The notes under the pieces: generated by a model
Databases searched by the model: none
Told to the model about the DNA's origin: nothing
What the model saw: only the letters and a program-made list of their open reading frames with translations
Part shown: piece by piece, positions 17,622 through 29,086 of the stretch
Position numbering within the stretch: the stretch's first letter is position 1
How the letters are laid out: every line of letters begins with the position of its first letter
Program-made: the position numbers and the translations under genes
Source of the DNA: Candidatus Onthoplasma sp.
GTDB taxonomy: Bacteria > Bacillota > Clostridia > Christensenellales > UBA1242
DNA length: 64,000 bases
Assembly: GCA_051883515.1 (NCBI GenBank)
Contig: JBJETW010000008.1
Coordinates: 81,244 to 145,243, forward strand
Direction: 5' to 3'

Positions 17622-17969
17622 ATGAGAATTAAACGTGGAGTTAATGGCGTTAAGAAACGCCGTGCTATATTAAAGCAAGCAAAAGGCTACAGAGGAGCAA
17701 AATCTAAATTATATAGAGTTGCTCGTCAAGCTGTTATGAAATCTGGTCAATATGCTTACACTGGACGTAAACTCAAAAAACGTGATATGCGTTCACTTTG
17801 GATAACTCGTATCAATGCAGCATGCAGAGAAAACGGAATCTCATACAGCAAGTTTATTGCAGGACTTAAAAAAGCAAATATTGAATTAAACAGAAAAGTT
17901 CTTGCAGACCTTGCAGCAACAGACAAAGTTGCATTTGCAAATCTTGCAACAACAGCAAAGAATGCGTAA
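17622..17969 (+). CDS. rplT: 50S ribosomal protein L20
   Basis: [25 protein letters not shown]... 115 aa. Confidence 0.95.
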   Translation: MRIKRGVNGVKKRRAILKQAKGYRGAKSKLYRVARQAVMKSGQYAYTGRKLKKRDMRSLWITRINAACRENGISYSKFIAGLKKANIELNRKVLADLAATDKVAFANLATTAKNA

Positions 17970-18165
17970 TTTAAAAAATTGAAAGCAGTTTTCAAACTAT
18001 TTTCTTTTGAAAAATTCACTATGATTAAATCTGGTGAATTTTTTTCACCCGAATTTAAAATTTATTTGTCTAATGCTGTCGAATCGATAATTTATCGCAT
18101 AATTAATAATAATTTATATATTGAAATTTTCTATAATTATTTGGCATTTTGGCAAGGAGAAAGAA

Positions 18166-19377
18166 ATGAATGATAATGAAATGATTGAAAAACTTAACAA
18201 AAAATATGATGAATCTGATGTGACAACATCTTTTATTTTGAAGAAAATTTTATTCAAAATGTTCAGTGAAAAGGATTATAACAATATTGAAAAACTTGAC
18301 CCAGAAATTATAGCAAAAGTGATTGCAAACATATATTATGATTTTCCGGTTGAATATTTTGTTAAATTTTATGATAGAGAAAAACTTGAAATCTCTTTAA
18401 AAACTCGTGGTTTTTGCATTGAAGATGCAAAACTAATTTTTGATGTGTTGTTTAATCACAAAGATTTGGATTTGTTGGATAATTATCTAACACAAAGCGA
18501 CAAAGAAAGTTTGTTGTGGGAAATAATCAAAACGGAAGATAAAGAAAAGATTTTTGCATTATCTATGGCTTTAAATGATGTTGATTTAACAAAATCGATT
18601 GAAAAATTGGGTTCAATGAAATCATATTCTGATATTTTGAATATTGCAAAAGTTAAATCAGACAATATTGATATAAACATTCTTGCTAATGTCATAATTA
18701 ATTCAAAAAGAATTCAAACAATGTTAATTTATATGCAAAGCGTAAAGAACGCTCAAATTGAAAAGGTTTCAAATGTCATTTTAAAGTCAGCTGATATTTA
18801 CGCTGTTTCATATATGTTATTTAATATTAACGGCGTTCCAGTTGATAAATGCGTTGAAAAAATATTAAAAGAAAACGATGCAGAGCTTATATACAAAGTT
18901 GGGATTAAATTTCCAAACGTGCAAACTGAAAGAGTAGGTTTAAGATTGGCAGAAATTGGAGATGAAAGATACATTATAAGTTATTTAAAAAACATTAAAT
19001 CAACTAAAAATATTCCTTTGGAAATTTTAGAAGATGCTGTGTTAATAAGAAAGCAACCATACTACATATATTTATTTGCGAAAACTGGAAAAGTCTTCTC
19101 AAAAGAAAAGATTGTTGATACAATTATGCAAACAAACAACATCAAATATGCATTTAAAATTGCAGAAATTGATATCGAATATGCAAGTATGATTGAAGAC
19201 AAATTAATTCAAAAAAATGATGCAAGTTTAATGTTTGAATTTGCTACAAAAGTTGAAACAGCATCAAAAAATAAAATCTTGGAAAAATTGAAGAAAAAAA
19301 GACCAGATTTATATAAAATTTTGAAATCAGAAATTCAAAAACAACAAGAAAGCAAAAATTTATTAACATGTAAGTAA
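18166..19377 (+). CDS. Hypothetical 403-aa alpha-helical repeat protein
   Basis: AAGGAGAAAG SD before the ATG at 18166. Recurring helical-pair units of about 35-40 aa. No family recognised. Confidence 0.6.
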   Translation: MNDNEMIEKLNKKYDESDVTTSFILKKILFKMFSEKDYNNIEKLDPEIIAKVIANIYYDFPVEYFVKFYDREKLEISLKTRGFCIEDAKLIFDVLFNHKDLDLLDNYLTQSDKESLLWEIIKTEDKEKIFALSMALNDVDLTKSIEKLGSMKSYSDILNIAKVKSDNIDINILANVIINSKRIQTMLIYMQSVKNAQIEKVSNVILKSADIYAVSYMLFNINGVPVDKCVEKILKENDAELIYKVGIKFPNVQTERVGLRLAEIGDERYIISYLKNIKSTKNIPLEILEDAVLIRKQPYYIYLFAKTGKVFSKEKIVDTIMQTNNIKYAFKIAEIDIEYASMIEDKLIQKNDASLMFEFATKVETASKNKILEKLKKKRPDLYKILKSEIQKQQESKNLLTCK

Positions 19378-19402
19378 AAAACGCAACCATTGCGTTTTTT
19401 TA
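19378..19402 (+). terminator. Intrinsic terminator
   Basis: aacgcaa-ccat-tgcgtt followed by T7. Confidence 0.65.
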
Positions 19403-19467
19403 TTGCAAAACACGAAAAAATTTTTAATGTAAGTAGAATAAAAAGTCATATTCTAGGCGTTATAAAA

Positions 19468-19496
19468 TTGACTTAGTATTTAATATTTGATATAAT
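19468..19496 (+). promoter_or_regulatory. SigA-type promoter placed for a leaderless mRNA
   Basis: TTGACT, 17 nt, TATAAT, then 6 nt and the ATG at 19503. No SD. Confidence 0.5.
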
Positions 19497-19502
19497 ATAG
19501 GC

Positions 19503-20213
19503 ATGATACTAGGCAAAGATGAAATTAAAAATTTAAAAGACAAAAAATTTAGAAAGCAAAATGGTTTGTTTATGGTTGAAGGTGACAAATTTTGCCGAGA
19601 TTTATTAGCAACAGACATCAAAATTGCATACACTTTTACTTCAAAAAAAGATTTGGACGGATTCCCAAACATTGTGTATGTAAGTGACAAGGTGTTGTCT
19701 AGCATCGCAACAACAAAAAACAATCAAGATATAATTTGCATTTGTAAAATTAAAGATTATGGCATTGAGTCAATTGGGAATTCATTGATTTTGGATAATA
19801 TTCAAGACCCTGGGAATGTGGGCACATTGATTAGAAGCGCATTGGCATTTGGTTTTGAAGATATTTATGTAATTGATGGAGCTGACGTGTTTGGCGAAAA
19901 AGTTGTGAGAAGCAGTGCTGCTCAAATTATGCAAGTACGCTTGCACATTTGTGATTATGAAACAATCAAGCAAAACAAAGATAAAATTTCAAATGAGTTT
20001 TTAGTTGCAGACATGAGCGGAGAAGATGTAAATAAAATAAAAATATCAAATTCAAAAATTGCAGTGATTGTTGGAAATGAAGGCAATGGCGTAAGTGACG
20101 AAATGTTGTCTATTGCAGATAAAGTTGTAGCAATTCCAATGAGTGAAAAAGTTGAAAGTTTAAATGTTGGGGTTGCTGGTAGCATCATTATGCAAAAATT
20201 TAGTAAAATTTAG
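19503..20213 (+). CDS. TrmH/SpoU-family RNA 2'-O-methyltransferase
   Basis: NIQDPGNVGTLIRSALAFG, VIVGNEGNGVS, and IPM...ESLNVGVAGSIIM SPOUT motifs. Confidence 0.85.
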   Translation: MILGKDEIKNLKDKKFRKQNGLFMVEGDKFCRDLLATDIKIAYTFTSKKDLDGFPNIVYVSDKVLSSIATTKNNQDIICICKIKDYGIESIGNSLILDNIQDPGNVGTLIRSALAFGFEDIYVIDGADVFGEKVVRSSAAQIMQVRLHICDYETIKQNKDKISNEFLVADMSGEDVNKIKISNSKIAVIVGNEGNGVSDEMLSIADKVVAIPMSEKVESLNVGVAGSIIMQKFSKI

Positions 20214-20222
20214 GAGAAAAAT

Positions 20223-20957
20223 ATGAGTGGACATAGTAAATGGAATAATATTAAGGCGAGAAAAGGAAAATCAGACGCTGAAAGAAGCAAGATTTTCACA
20301 AAAATTGGTAGAGAAATTATGGTTGCTGTCAAAGAAGGCGGTGCAAATATCGATTCGAACAGCAAATTAAAAATGGCAATTGCAAAAGCAAGACAATTTA
20401 ATATGCCAAATGACAGAATTAACAGCGTGATAAAGAAAAACAGCGAAATTGATAGTTCAAATTTTGTTGAGCAAACTTATGAAGGCTACGGAATTGGTGG
20501 CGTTGCTGTTGTTGTTAAGTGTTTTACTGACAACAAAAACAGAACAAGCAGTGATGTTAAGTATGCTTTCGATAAATATGCGGGAAGTCTTGGCTCAACC
20601 GGTTGTGTGTCTTATATGTTTGACAACAAAGGTGTTGTTGTGGTTGAAAAAAATGACAAATTTGATAGTGACGAAGCAATGGAATTGGCAATTAATTTGA
20701 ATGCCATGGACTGTGAAGATGATGAAGTGTTCACCATCTATGTTGAACCAAACGCAACATGTGTAAATGACACTGTTTCAGCATTTGAACAAGCAGGATA
20801 CACAGTGCTTTCATCTGGGGTCGAAATGATTCCACAAAATTATGTCAAACTTTCACCAGCACACGCTGAGACATTCAATAAAATGATAGACAAATTGAAT
20901 GAAAGTGATGACGTCGTTGATGTTATACACAATTTAGAGGAAGAAGATGGAGAATAA
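20223..20957 (+). CDS. yebC: YebC/PmpR-family transcriptional regulator
   Basis: MSGHSKWNNIKARKGKSDAERSKIFTKIGREI N-terminus. Confidence 0.92.
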   Translation: MSGHSKWNNIKARKGKSDAERSKIFTKIGREIMVAVKEGGANIDSNSKLKMAIAKARQFNMPNDRINSVIKKNSEIDSSNFVEQTYEGYGIGGVAVVVKCFTDNKNRTSSDVKYAFDKYAGSLGSTGCVSYMFDNKGVVVVEKNDKFDSDEAMELAINLNAMDCEDDEVFTIYVEPNATCVNDTVSAFEQAGYTVLSSGVEMIPQNYVKLSPAHAETFNKMIDKLNESDDVVDVIHNLEEEDGE

Positions 20958-21546
20958 CAATAGTTTAGATGACATAATAAAACAGCTTAATGACCAAAGA
21001 AGCAAATTATCAGCTTTGTATTCTTTGTATAATTCATCAATTCTCACTGCAGAAGAAAATAGACAAACTATAAGTGAAATGTTTGACCAATTGATTGACA
21101 TGAAAAATGATGCAAATTTAATTTCTTCTGAAATTGCAAACACAAAAAGAGACGAAAGAAGTCAAATAATAACAAAAAACAAATCGAAAATAACAAAATT
21201 AAATAAAGATGTTGTTGCTTTGGAAAAAGATTTTAAAGATTTATGCAAAAAGTATAGACACGCACTTCAAGATTGTGGTTCGCTAAAAGCAGAATATAAG
21301 CATGACATAAGTGAACTATGCAAACAATTTAAAGCGGAAGTTGAAACAATACATAATGTTGATGCGGTTGTCATTAAAGGATACAAGCAACAAGTTAAAA
21401 TTATAAAAGCAATTTTAGATAAAATTGAATTGATTATATCTGACTATAATGTAAAAAAGAATAAGGTTGATTCTGACAGCGACAAATTTGACCAATTGTA
21501 TGAAAGTGTGAGTTCACTTTTGACACGACTTGAACAAACAGTATAA
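20947..21546 (+). CDS. Hypothetical coiled-coil protein (199 aa)
   Basis: 11-nt overlap with the yebC stop, with GAGGAAGAAG upstream. Heptad-rich sequence. It lies directly upstream of ruvC. Confidence 0.5.
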   Translation: MENNNSLDDIIKQLNDQRSKLSALYSLYNSSILTAEENRQTISEMFDQLIDMKNDANLISSEIANTKRDERSQIITKNKSKITKLNKDVVALEKDFKDLCKKYRHALQDCGSLKAEYKHDISELCKQFKAEVETIHNVDAVVIKGYKQQVKIIKAILDKIELIISDYNVKKNKVDSDSDKFDQLYESVSSLLTRLEQTV

Positions 21547-21555
21547 AGGAGTGAT

Positions 21556-22041
21556 ATGAAAATTCTAGGTTTGGACCCTGGATACAACATAATTGGGTAC
21601 GGAGTTATTGAAACAAATGGTTGCAAGGTTGTTGATTATGGTGTCATAACAACTCCAAAAAACATGCCGATGAGCAAGCGTTTGCTTACAATTTTTCAAG
21701 CGACAAATGAATTGATTGAAACATTTAAACCTGATGAAGTTGCACTGGAAGAATTGTTTTTTACGAACAATGTGACAACAGGAATTGCAGTTGCAGAAGC
21801 GAGGGGAGTTTTAATTGTTGGTTGCAAACAACATATTGACAGAATTTTTGAGTATACACCAAATCAAATAAAACAAGCATTGACAGGCAATGGAAAAGCG
21901 GAAAAGAAACAAGTTCAATTCATGGTTAAAAACATATTGGGATTGTCAGAAATTCCAAAACCAGATGATGCAGCAGATGCGTTGGCAGTTGCTCTCACAC
22001 ATATGCAAACAAACTCTATTATGAGTGACAATTCGATTTAA
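21556..22041 (+). CDS. ruvC: Crossover junction endodeoxyribonuclease RuvC
   Basis: MKILGLDPGYNIIGYGVIE and the C-terminal PDDAADALAVALTH motif. Confidence 0.9.
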   Translation: MKILGLDPGYNIIGYGVIETNGCKVVDYGVITTPKNMPMSKRLLTIFQATNELIETFKPDEVALEELFFTNNVTTGIAVAEARGVLIVGCKQHIDRIFEYTPNQIKQALTGNGKAEKKQVQFMVKNILGLSEIPKPDDAADALAVALTHMQTNSIMSDNSI

Positions 22042-22050
22042 GGAGAAAAT

Positions 22051-22641
22051 ATGATTGGTTTTGTAAGAGGAATATTAAGAGATAAAGATTATGATAATGT
22101 CACTATTGAATGCAATGGTGTCGGATTTCAAATTTTTGTCACAAACAGTTGCATGGTGGCACTTCCCGACGTTGACAATGAAGTTAAAATTTATACGTAC
22201 ATGCTTGTAAAAGACGATGAAATTAGTTTGTATGGATTTGTTTCAGCGGAAGAAAAGAGATTGTTTTTGCAACTTATAACAGTTTCAGGTGTCGGACCAA
22301 AAACTGCAATTCAAATTTTATCAGCAGAGAGAATGAGCATGATTGTGCAAAGCATAATTAATGAAGATGTGTCAGTGATTGCAAATTTCAAAGGGATTGG
22401 TAAAAAGACGGCAGAAAGAATTATTGTTGAACTTAAAGATAAAATTAAACCATTTGACTACATTCTTCCAAATGAAAATGTGTTTGCTGTTAAAAATCAA
22501 AATATTGAAGATGCAATTGTTGTTTTGACAAGTCTCGGTTTGACAAAAGTAAACGCAGAAAGAATTGCGCGTGAAGTGGCAGAAAATCATGACACAGCTG
22601 AGCAAATTGTTGCAAAAGCATTGCATAATTTGGGTGAATAA
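22051..22641 (+). CDS. ruvA: Holliday junction DNA helicase subunit RuvA
   Basis: MIGFVRG...GVGFQI N-terminal OB domain and HhH VSGVGPKTAIQIL. Confidence 0.9.
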   Translation: MIGFVRGILRDKDYDNVTIECNGVGFQIFVTNSCMVALPDVDNEVKIYTYMLVKDDEISLYGFVSAEEKRLFLQLITVSGVGPKTAIQILSAERMSMIVQSIINEDVSVIANFKGIGKKTAERIIVELKDKIKPFDYILPNENVFAVKNQNIEDAIVVLTSLGLTKVNAERIAREVAENHDTAEQIVAKALHNLGE

Positions 22642-22694
22642 TCTTATTGAAAATTTAGGATAAAGACAAAACCGATTGGTGAAGGAGATAAAAC

Positions 22695-23735
22695 GTGGAA
22701 GAAAGAGATAGATTTATTTCAAGCACAAAAAATATGAGTGATGTCGAAGTTGAGAATAAACTTCGACCAACTTCTTTTGATGAATATGTTGGACAAGAAA
22801 AAATAAAATCGAATTTAAAAGTTTACATTTCCGCTGCCAAAAAGAGAAAAGAAGCGCTTGACCATGTTTTGTTGTATGGTCCACCAGGGCTTGGGAAAAC
22901 CACTTTGAGTCATATAATTGCAAATGAAATGGGAAGTCAAATTAAAATCACAAGTGGCCCAAGCATTGAAAACGCTGCCGACCTTGCCGCAATTTTGACC
23001 AATTTAAGCGCAAATGATGTGCTTTTTATTGATGAAATCCATAGAATCAGCAAGTCAGTTGAAGAAATCTTGTATCCAGCAATGGAAGATTATGCTCTAG
23101 ATTTTATTGTCGGCAAAGGCCCAAGTGCAAGAAGCATGAGACTTAAAATTCAACCATTCACTTTGATTGGGGCAACAACAAAAATAGGAAGTTTATCTAG
23201 CCCACTTAGAGATAGATTTGGTGTTATGTGCAGACTTGAAATGTATTCAACAGAAGAACTTGCGACCATCATTAATCGTTCTGCAAAAATTTTTGGAATT
23301 AAAATTGAGCAAGACGCAACAAATGAAATTGCAAGAAGAAGCAGGGGAACGCCAAGAATTGCAAATCGTCTTTTAAAAAGGGTTAGAGATTATGTTCAGG
23401 TTGAAGACAAAGACTCAATTTCACTTGAAGACGCAAAAAAATCTCTTAAATTAATGGACGTTGATGAAAAAGGTCTTGATTATATTGACAAGAGAATTTT
23501 GCACGCTATGATTGAAAAGTTTGGTGGCGGACCAGTTGGACTTGAAACATTGAGTGCAACAAGTGGAGAAGAAGTGTCAACAATTGAAGATGTGGTTGAA
23601 CCTTATCTTTTGCAACTTGGATTTATAATAAGGACAAATAGAGGAAGAATGGCGACCAAACTTGCGTATGAACATTTGGGATTGCCTGTTCCAAAAAGTT
23701 TGTTGCAAGATGAAGTTGGTGAAGATGATGAATAA
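22695..23735 (+). CDS. ruvB: Holliday junction DNA helicase RuvB (GTG start)
   Basis: [13 protein letters not shown], Walker [10 protein letters not shown], and DEIHR. AAGGAGA SD before the GTG. Confidence 0.95.
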   Translation: MEERDRFISSTKNMSDVEVENKLRPTSFDEYVGQEKIKSNLKVYISAAKKRKEALDHVLLYGPPGLGKTTLSHIIANEMGSQIKITSGPSIENAADLAAILTNLSANDVLFIDEIHRISKSVEEILYPAMEDYALDFIVGKGPSARSMRLKIQPFTLIGATTKIGSLSSPLRDRFGVMCRLEMYSTEELATIINRSAKIFGIKIEQDATNEIARRSRGTPRIANRLLKRVRDYVQVEDKDSISLEDAKKSLKLMDVDEKGLDYIDKRILHAMIEKFGGGPVGLETLSATSGEEVSTIEDVVEPYLLQLGFIIRTNRGRMATKLAYEHLGLPVPKSLLQDEVGEDDE

Positions 23736-24783
23736 TAATGAAAACATAAACAATGTAGATTTAAAGAAACTTTCATCTTATGATTATGATTTGCCAGAAA
23801 ATTTGATTGCTCAAACCCCACTTAAAAAACGCGACGAAAGCAAAATGATGGTGTTTGATAGAAAATCAAAACAAATTTTCCATAAACAATTTAAAGATAT
23901 AAAAGAATTTTTAAATCCTGGAGATGTGTTGGTTGTAAATAACACAAGAGTTTTACCTGCAAGGATTTTTGCCTTTAAAGACACAGGAGCAAAAGTTGAA
24001 TTACTTTTGCACAAACGAATTAGTTTGACTGATTGGGAAGTGGTTATGGGCAATGCAAAGCGTGTTCATATTGGAAATGTTTTAACGATTAACAATGAGT
24101 TAAGTTGTGAACTTTTGGAAATTTTGCCGGACGGAAATCGGATTGTTAGATTTATTTTTGATGGTATTTTTGAAGATATTTTAAATAGAGTTGGTTCAAT
24201 GCCATTGCCACCATATATTCATGAAAAACTTAAAGACAAAGAAAGATATCAAACAGTTTATAACAAAATTGAAGGGAGTTCAGCGGCACCCACTGCAGGA
24301 CTGCATTTCACAAAAGAACTTTTAGAAGAAATACAAGATATGGGGGTTGAAATTCTTGAACTTACCCTTGATGTGGGACTTGGCACGTTTAGACCTTGTA
24401 AAGATGACGACATAACAAAACACCAAATGCACACTGAGCATTATAGATTGAGTCAAGAAGTTGCTGACAAAATCAACAAGGCAAAGTCAGAACATAGGCG
24501 TGTTGTTGCTGTGGGAACGACGACAGTAAGAACTCTTGAAACAGTTGCTATGCATGGGAGTCCTTTGAAAGCTGAAGTTGGCGACACAAGCATATTTATT
24601 TATCCACCTTTTGAATTTAAAGTGGTTGATGCATTAGTCACAAATTTTCACCTTCCAAAGAGCACTCTTATTATGCTGGTCAGTGCGTTTGCTGGATATG
24701 ATAGCACAATGAATTTATATAAAATTGCCGTTGAAAATAAATATCGATTTTTTTCGTTTGGTGATTGTATGTTTATTATGTAA
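23725..24783 (+). CDS. queA: S-adenosylmethionine:tRNA ribosyltransferase-isomerase
   Basis: [15 protein letters not shown]-terminus, PLPPYI, and [10 protein letters not shown]. The start overlaps the ruvB stop by 11 nt (the ORF-track start at 23662 is rejected). Confidence 0.93.
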   Translation: MMNNNENINNVDLKKLSSYDYDLPENLIAQTPLKKRDESKMMVFDRKSKQIFHKQFKDIKEFLNPGDVLVVNNTRVLPARIFAFKDTGAKVELLLHKRISLTDWEVVMGNAKRVHIGNVLTINNELSCELLEILPDGNRIVRFIFDGIFEDILNRVGSMPLPPYIHEKLKDKERYQTVYNKIEGSSAAPTAGLHFTKELLEEIQDMGVEILELTLDVGLGTFRPCKDDDITKHQMHTEHYRLSQEVADKINKAKSEHRRVVAVGTTTVRTLETVAMHGSPLKAEVGDTSIFIYPPFEFKVVDALVTNFHLPKSTLIMLVSAFAGYDSTMNLYKIAVENKYRFFSFGDCMFIM

Positions 24784-24933
24784 ATTCAGATTTTAAATTC
24801 TTTTTAGAATTAATAATTATATTTGTTTCTGTTCACCAATTATTAATTACAATGTGATGCTTTGATATTACATTTGTTAATAAAAAAATTAAAATTAAAC
24901 GAATGAAAAACTTCAATATAAAAAAGGATAAAA

Positions 24934-25473
24934 ATGTATATTATTTCTCAAGTATTAGTTTGTATTTCAGATTTGTTTTATATCATTTCAATGTTTAATA
25001 AGAACAAAAAGGGTTTAGTGTTTTATTTAATAATTTCTACTTTTTTGTTTGCTAGTCACTATCTATTTTTAGGTGGTTTGTCAGGTGCTGTATTGGGCTA
25101 TGTTGAACTCGTTTTTCTAATAGTACTTTATATTTTAGAAAAAAAAGGAAAAACAAAATACAACAAATATATATCCATTCTAACAATAATTCTCACTTTA
25201 ATATTAAGCATAATAACATGGGGTGGTTGGATTTCATTGTTGCCGATGTTTGCCATGATAGTGTATTTATCAACAATGATGTGTAAAAATTTAATTATAG
25301 TAAAATCCGGCAATTTTATAAGGTTAATCTTAAATGGAATTTATATGCTAATTCTTAAATCATACTTCGGTGCGGTTTTAACCATCGTAATATTAGTTTG
25401 TACTATTGTGGGGATTTTGATTGATGAAAAAAACAAAAAACTAAATCTTCAACAAATTAACAAAGAAAATTAA
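24934..25473 (+). CDS. YgjV-family inner membrane protein
   Basis: 179 aa with multiple predicted TM helices. The pattern F-N-K...SHYLFLGG resembles E. coli YgjV (FFNRDE...GAHFFLMG). It is inserted between queA and tgt. Confidence 0.55.
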   Translation: MYIISQVLVCISDLFYIISMFNKNKKGLVFYLIISTFLFASHYLFLGGLSGAVLGYVELVFLIVLYILEKKGKTKYNKYISILTIILTLILSIITWGGWISLLPMFAMIVYLSTMMCKNLIIVKSGNFIRLILNGIYMLILKSYFGAVLTIVILVCTIVGILIDEKNKKLNLQQINKEN

Positions 25474-25501
25474 TTTTCGAATTAAAATTTAGGAGATATA
25501 A

Positions 25502-26617
<1,116 letters not shown>

Positions 26618-26618
26618 A

Positions 26619-26648
26619 TTGACTAATGTAAGTTTAAATTGTTATAAT
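26619..26648 (+). promoter_or_regulatory. SigA-type promoter upstream of yajC
   Basis: TTGACT, 18 nt, TGtTATAAT (extended -10). Confidence 0.45.
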
Positions 26649-26670
26649 TAAAAAATAAAAGGAGATTTTT

Positions 26671-27030
26671 ATGGGAGATATTGGAAATATAATTTTTTTG
26701 GTTGTTTTGCTAGTATTGCTTGTTGGTTTGTTCGTTTTCAGTTATATGAGAAAGAAAAAATACAACACAACTCTTAATCAAATGAGAGACGAATTAAAAA
26801 TTGGCGACAAAGTTATGACAGACTCTGGAATTGTTGGCGAAGTTGAAGAAATTTTTGAAGAAGACGAATATAAGTATGTCGTTCTTAAAACTGGCAAAGG
26901 CGGACACATTGGATATGCCACAGTGCATGCAAATGCAGTTTATCACGTCTTTGAAAAAGAAACAACAACTGAAACAAAAGAAGAAGCAAAAACCGAACCA
27001 GAACAAGAAAGTAAAGATGAAAAAAAATAA
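26671..27030 (+). CDS. yajC: Preprotein translocase subunit YajC
   Basis: N-terminal TM helix followed by LKIGDKVMTDSGIVGEV. Confidence 0.85.
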   Translation: MGDIGNIIFLVVLLVLLVGLFVFSYMRKKKYNTTLNQMRDELKIGDKVMTDSGIVGEVEEIFEEDEYKYVVLKTGKGGHIGYATVHANAVYHVFEKETTTETKEEAKTEPEQESKDEKK

Positions 27031-27032
27031 AT

Positions 27033-27054
27033 AAAACGCTTATGGCGTTTTTTT
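27033..27054 (+). terminator. Intrinsic terminator
   Basis: aacgc-ttatg-gcgtt followed by T7. Confidence 0.65.
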
Positions 27055-27215
27055 AAATATTATTTAAAAACATAAATTATCAAAAAAATCAAGAATAAAT
27101 ACTTATTAATAAATTTTATGTTGAAATTTTAAAAGTGACAAAATTATACAGATTTAGTGCTATTTTTTCGTTATTTTTATGGCAAATAAAAATAGATTAA
27201 ATTAAGGAGATAAAT

Positions 27216-27611
27216 ATGCAAAAAATAAAATCTATTAATTTTTCACTTATATTACAAGGACTTAAACATGCATTGATTGGGGTGGTTATAACTCTTATTT
27301 GCACAGTTGTGTTTGCGCTGGTTTTAAAATTTGTTGACGTGCCAAGTGTGGCAGTATCTTACATAAACGACATAATAAAAGCAGTGTCAATTCTTGTTAT
27401 GGTGATTTTAATCAGAAAGGCAAATGACAGCAACATTTTGTTAAAATCAATTGGCGTGACTTTGTTATATTCAGTTTTAAGTTTGATTTTATTTGCAATC
27501 ATGAATGGGGGATTGAAATTTGGCTCATCAATTCTTTTTGACCTGTTATTTAATTTGATTGCTGGCATAATTATAGCAATTATCGTAAACATTACAAAAA
27601 AGAAAGCTTAA
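27216..27611 (+). CDS. Hypothetical small membrane protein (131 aa, 4 TM)
   Basis: AAGGAGA SD. Four hydrophobic helices. Confidence 0.55.
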   Translation: MQKIKSINFSLILQGLKHALIGVVITLICTVVFALVLKFVDVPSVAVSYINDIIKAVSILVMVILIRKANDSNILLKSIGVTLLYSVLSLILFAIMNGGLKFGSSILFDLLFNLIAGIIIAIIVNITKKKA

Positions 27612-27787
27612 CCCGCTTTTTTTTATTTTCACAATTGTTTTTTACTTCATAATTGGCGAATTCGAATAATTGGTGTTTTTTTGGAAAATATTTTTAAAAA
27701 TCAGTCTAAAATTAATTACGTTTTACCCTTAGTTTGATTGACAAATTATTAACGTTATAATATAATAAAACTTAGTTAGGAGAAGTT

Positions 27788-29086
27788 ATGACTAAAAAAC
27801 GTTCAAGGAACCTATTTATCGTATTTGCAATTATTTTAGTTATATGTTTGGTTGCGTGTTTTGTGAATTTCACATTACCATTTCCAATCAACGGAAATTA
27901 TTATTCATACACAAGTTTTATTTCTAGTTTAAAAATGGGAGAAGACATCAGTTCGTCTCTTAGAATTGTTTATTCAGCGTCTGTTAGAGATGACACAAAG
28001 GCATCTGATTTTTCTAGTCTAAAACAATCAACAATGGAGACAATCAAAGGTCTGATTCAAGGTGAAGGATATAAAGATGTGACTGTTGCGGAAATGGGGG
28101 AAGATGAGATTGTTGTCACAATTGGAAACATTTCTTCAAAAGAAGACAGCGACGCAATTTCTTCATTGGTTGATGAGATGTATTTGCTGACATTTTCAAC
28201 AAATTCAGATGGAAGCAACCCATTTGCGTACGGAAATAAACATGTAAAATCAATTGACGCAAAAGAGACTTCTGGACAATATTATATTGTGGTTGAATTT
28301 AAAGATGAATATAAATCACTTGCAAACGAGATGACCAGTGGACAAACTTTATATATGTTTTTAGGTGATAATCAATTTGCACAATTAGATTACTCATCTT
28401 CTAGTATGACAGATGGTATAATCTATCTTCAAAGTTCATCTTTTAATAGCTTGGAAGACGCAAAGTCAACAGCAAACTACATCAAAACAGGTTTGATGGA
28501 CGTAAATTTGGAAAGAATTCAAATAAAGACAATAACACCATCATATGGTGTAGGGGCAAATATTTTGCTTTGGATTGCATTGGGAATTTTAGTTTTGGCA
28601 ACATTCGTTTTCTTGATTGTTAGATATAGAGAAATTGGTTGGCTTGCATGCTTTAATTTGTTGTTCTTCATAGTCTTGTCAATGTTTTTGTTGCAATCAA
28701 TTCCAACAGTCCATGTTAATTTGTCAGGAATAATAGCAATTGCTGTCGGATTTATTCTGGCAGTTGAATCTATAATGAAAATTTTCGAAACAGCGAAAGC
28801 GCATTATAGAAAAGACACACCTTTTTATGTGAGTATGAACATTTCACAAAAAGAAAATTTATCAAAAATATTAATTTTAGATGCGGTCATGTTCGTGGTT
28901 GGATTTATCAGCATGTTTATGCCAAATGCTTCAGTTCAATCGTTTGGTTGGATTTTGTTTATAATTTCAATTGTTGCAACATTCACAACATTGGCGTTGA
29001 TGAGATTATTCATTAAAATGTACTTGTCTTTTAACAATTCCAATGGAGAAAAGTGCAATTTCCACAAAGGAGGCAGAAATGATTAA
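27788..29086 (+). CDS. secD: Protein translocase subunit SecD
   Basis: N-terminal TM helix, a large extracytoplasmic domain, and a 5-TM C-terminal SecD/F core. It is followed by secF. Confidence 0.85.
   Translation: MTKKRSRNLFIVFAIILVICLVACFVNFTLPFPINGNYYSYTSFISSLKMGEDISSSLRIVYSASVRDDTKASDFSSLKQSTMETIKGLIQGEGYKDVTVAEMGEDEIVVTIGNISSKEDSDAISSLVDEMYLLTFSTNSDGSNPFAYGNKHVKSIDAKETSGQYYIVVEFKDEYKSLANEMTSGQTLYMFLGDNQFAQLDYSSSSMTDGIIYLQSSSFNSLEDAKSTANYIKTGLMDVNLERIQIKTITPSYGVGANILLWIALGILVLATFVFLIVRYREIGWLACFNLLFFIVLSMFLLQSIPTVHVNLSGIIAIAVGFILAVESIMKIFETAKAHYRKDTPFYVSMNISQKENLSKILILDAVMFVVGFISMFMPNASVQSFGWILFIISIVATFTTLALMRLFIKMYLSFNNSNGEKCNFHKGGRND

Noticed and set aside
17989-18060. Precise terminator call after rplT.
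   Set aside because: Several overlapping weak AT-rich hairpins are possible (ttgaaa/tttcaa, aattcac/gtgaatt, ggtgaa/ttcacc). Termination probably occurs here, but I cannot choose one structure.
24784-24933. preQ1 riboswitch or operator upstream of the ygjV-like gene. An 11-nt inverted repeat (aattaataatt / aattattaatt) was noticed.
   Set aside because: There is no preQ1-I/II core (no conserved hairpin followed by an A-rich ...AAAAAACUA tail). AT-only inverted repeats of this size are expected by chance in such AT-rich DNA.
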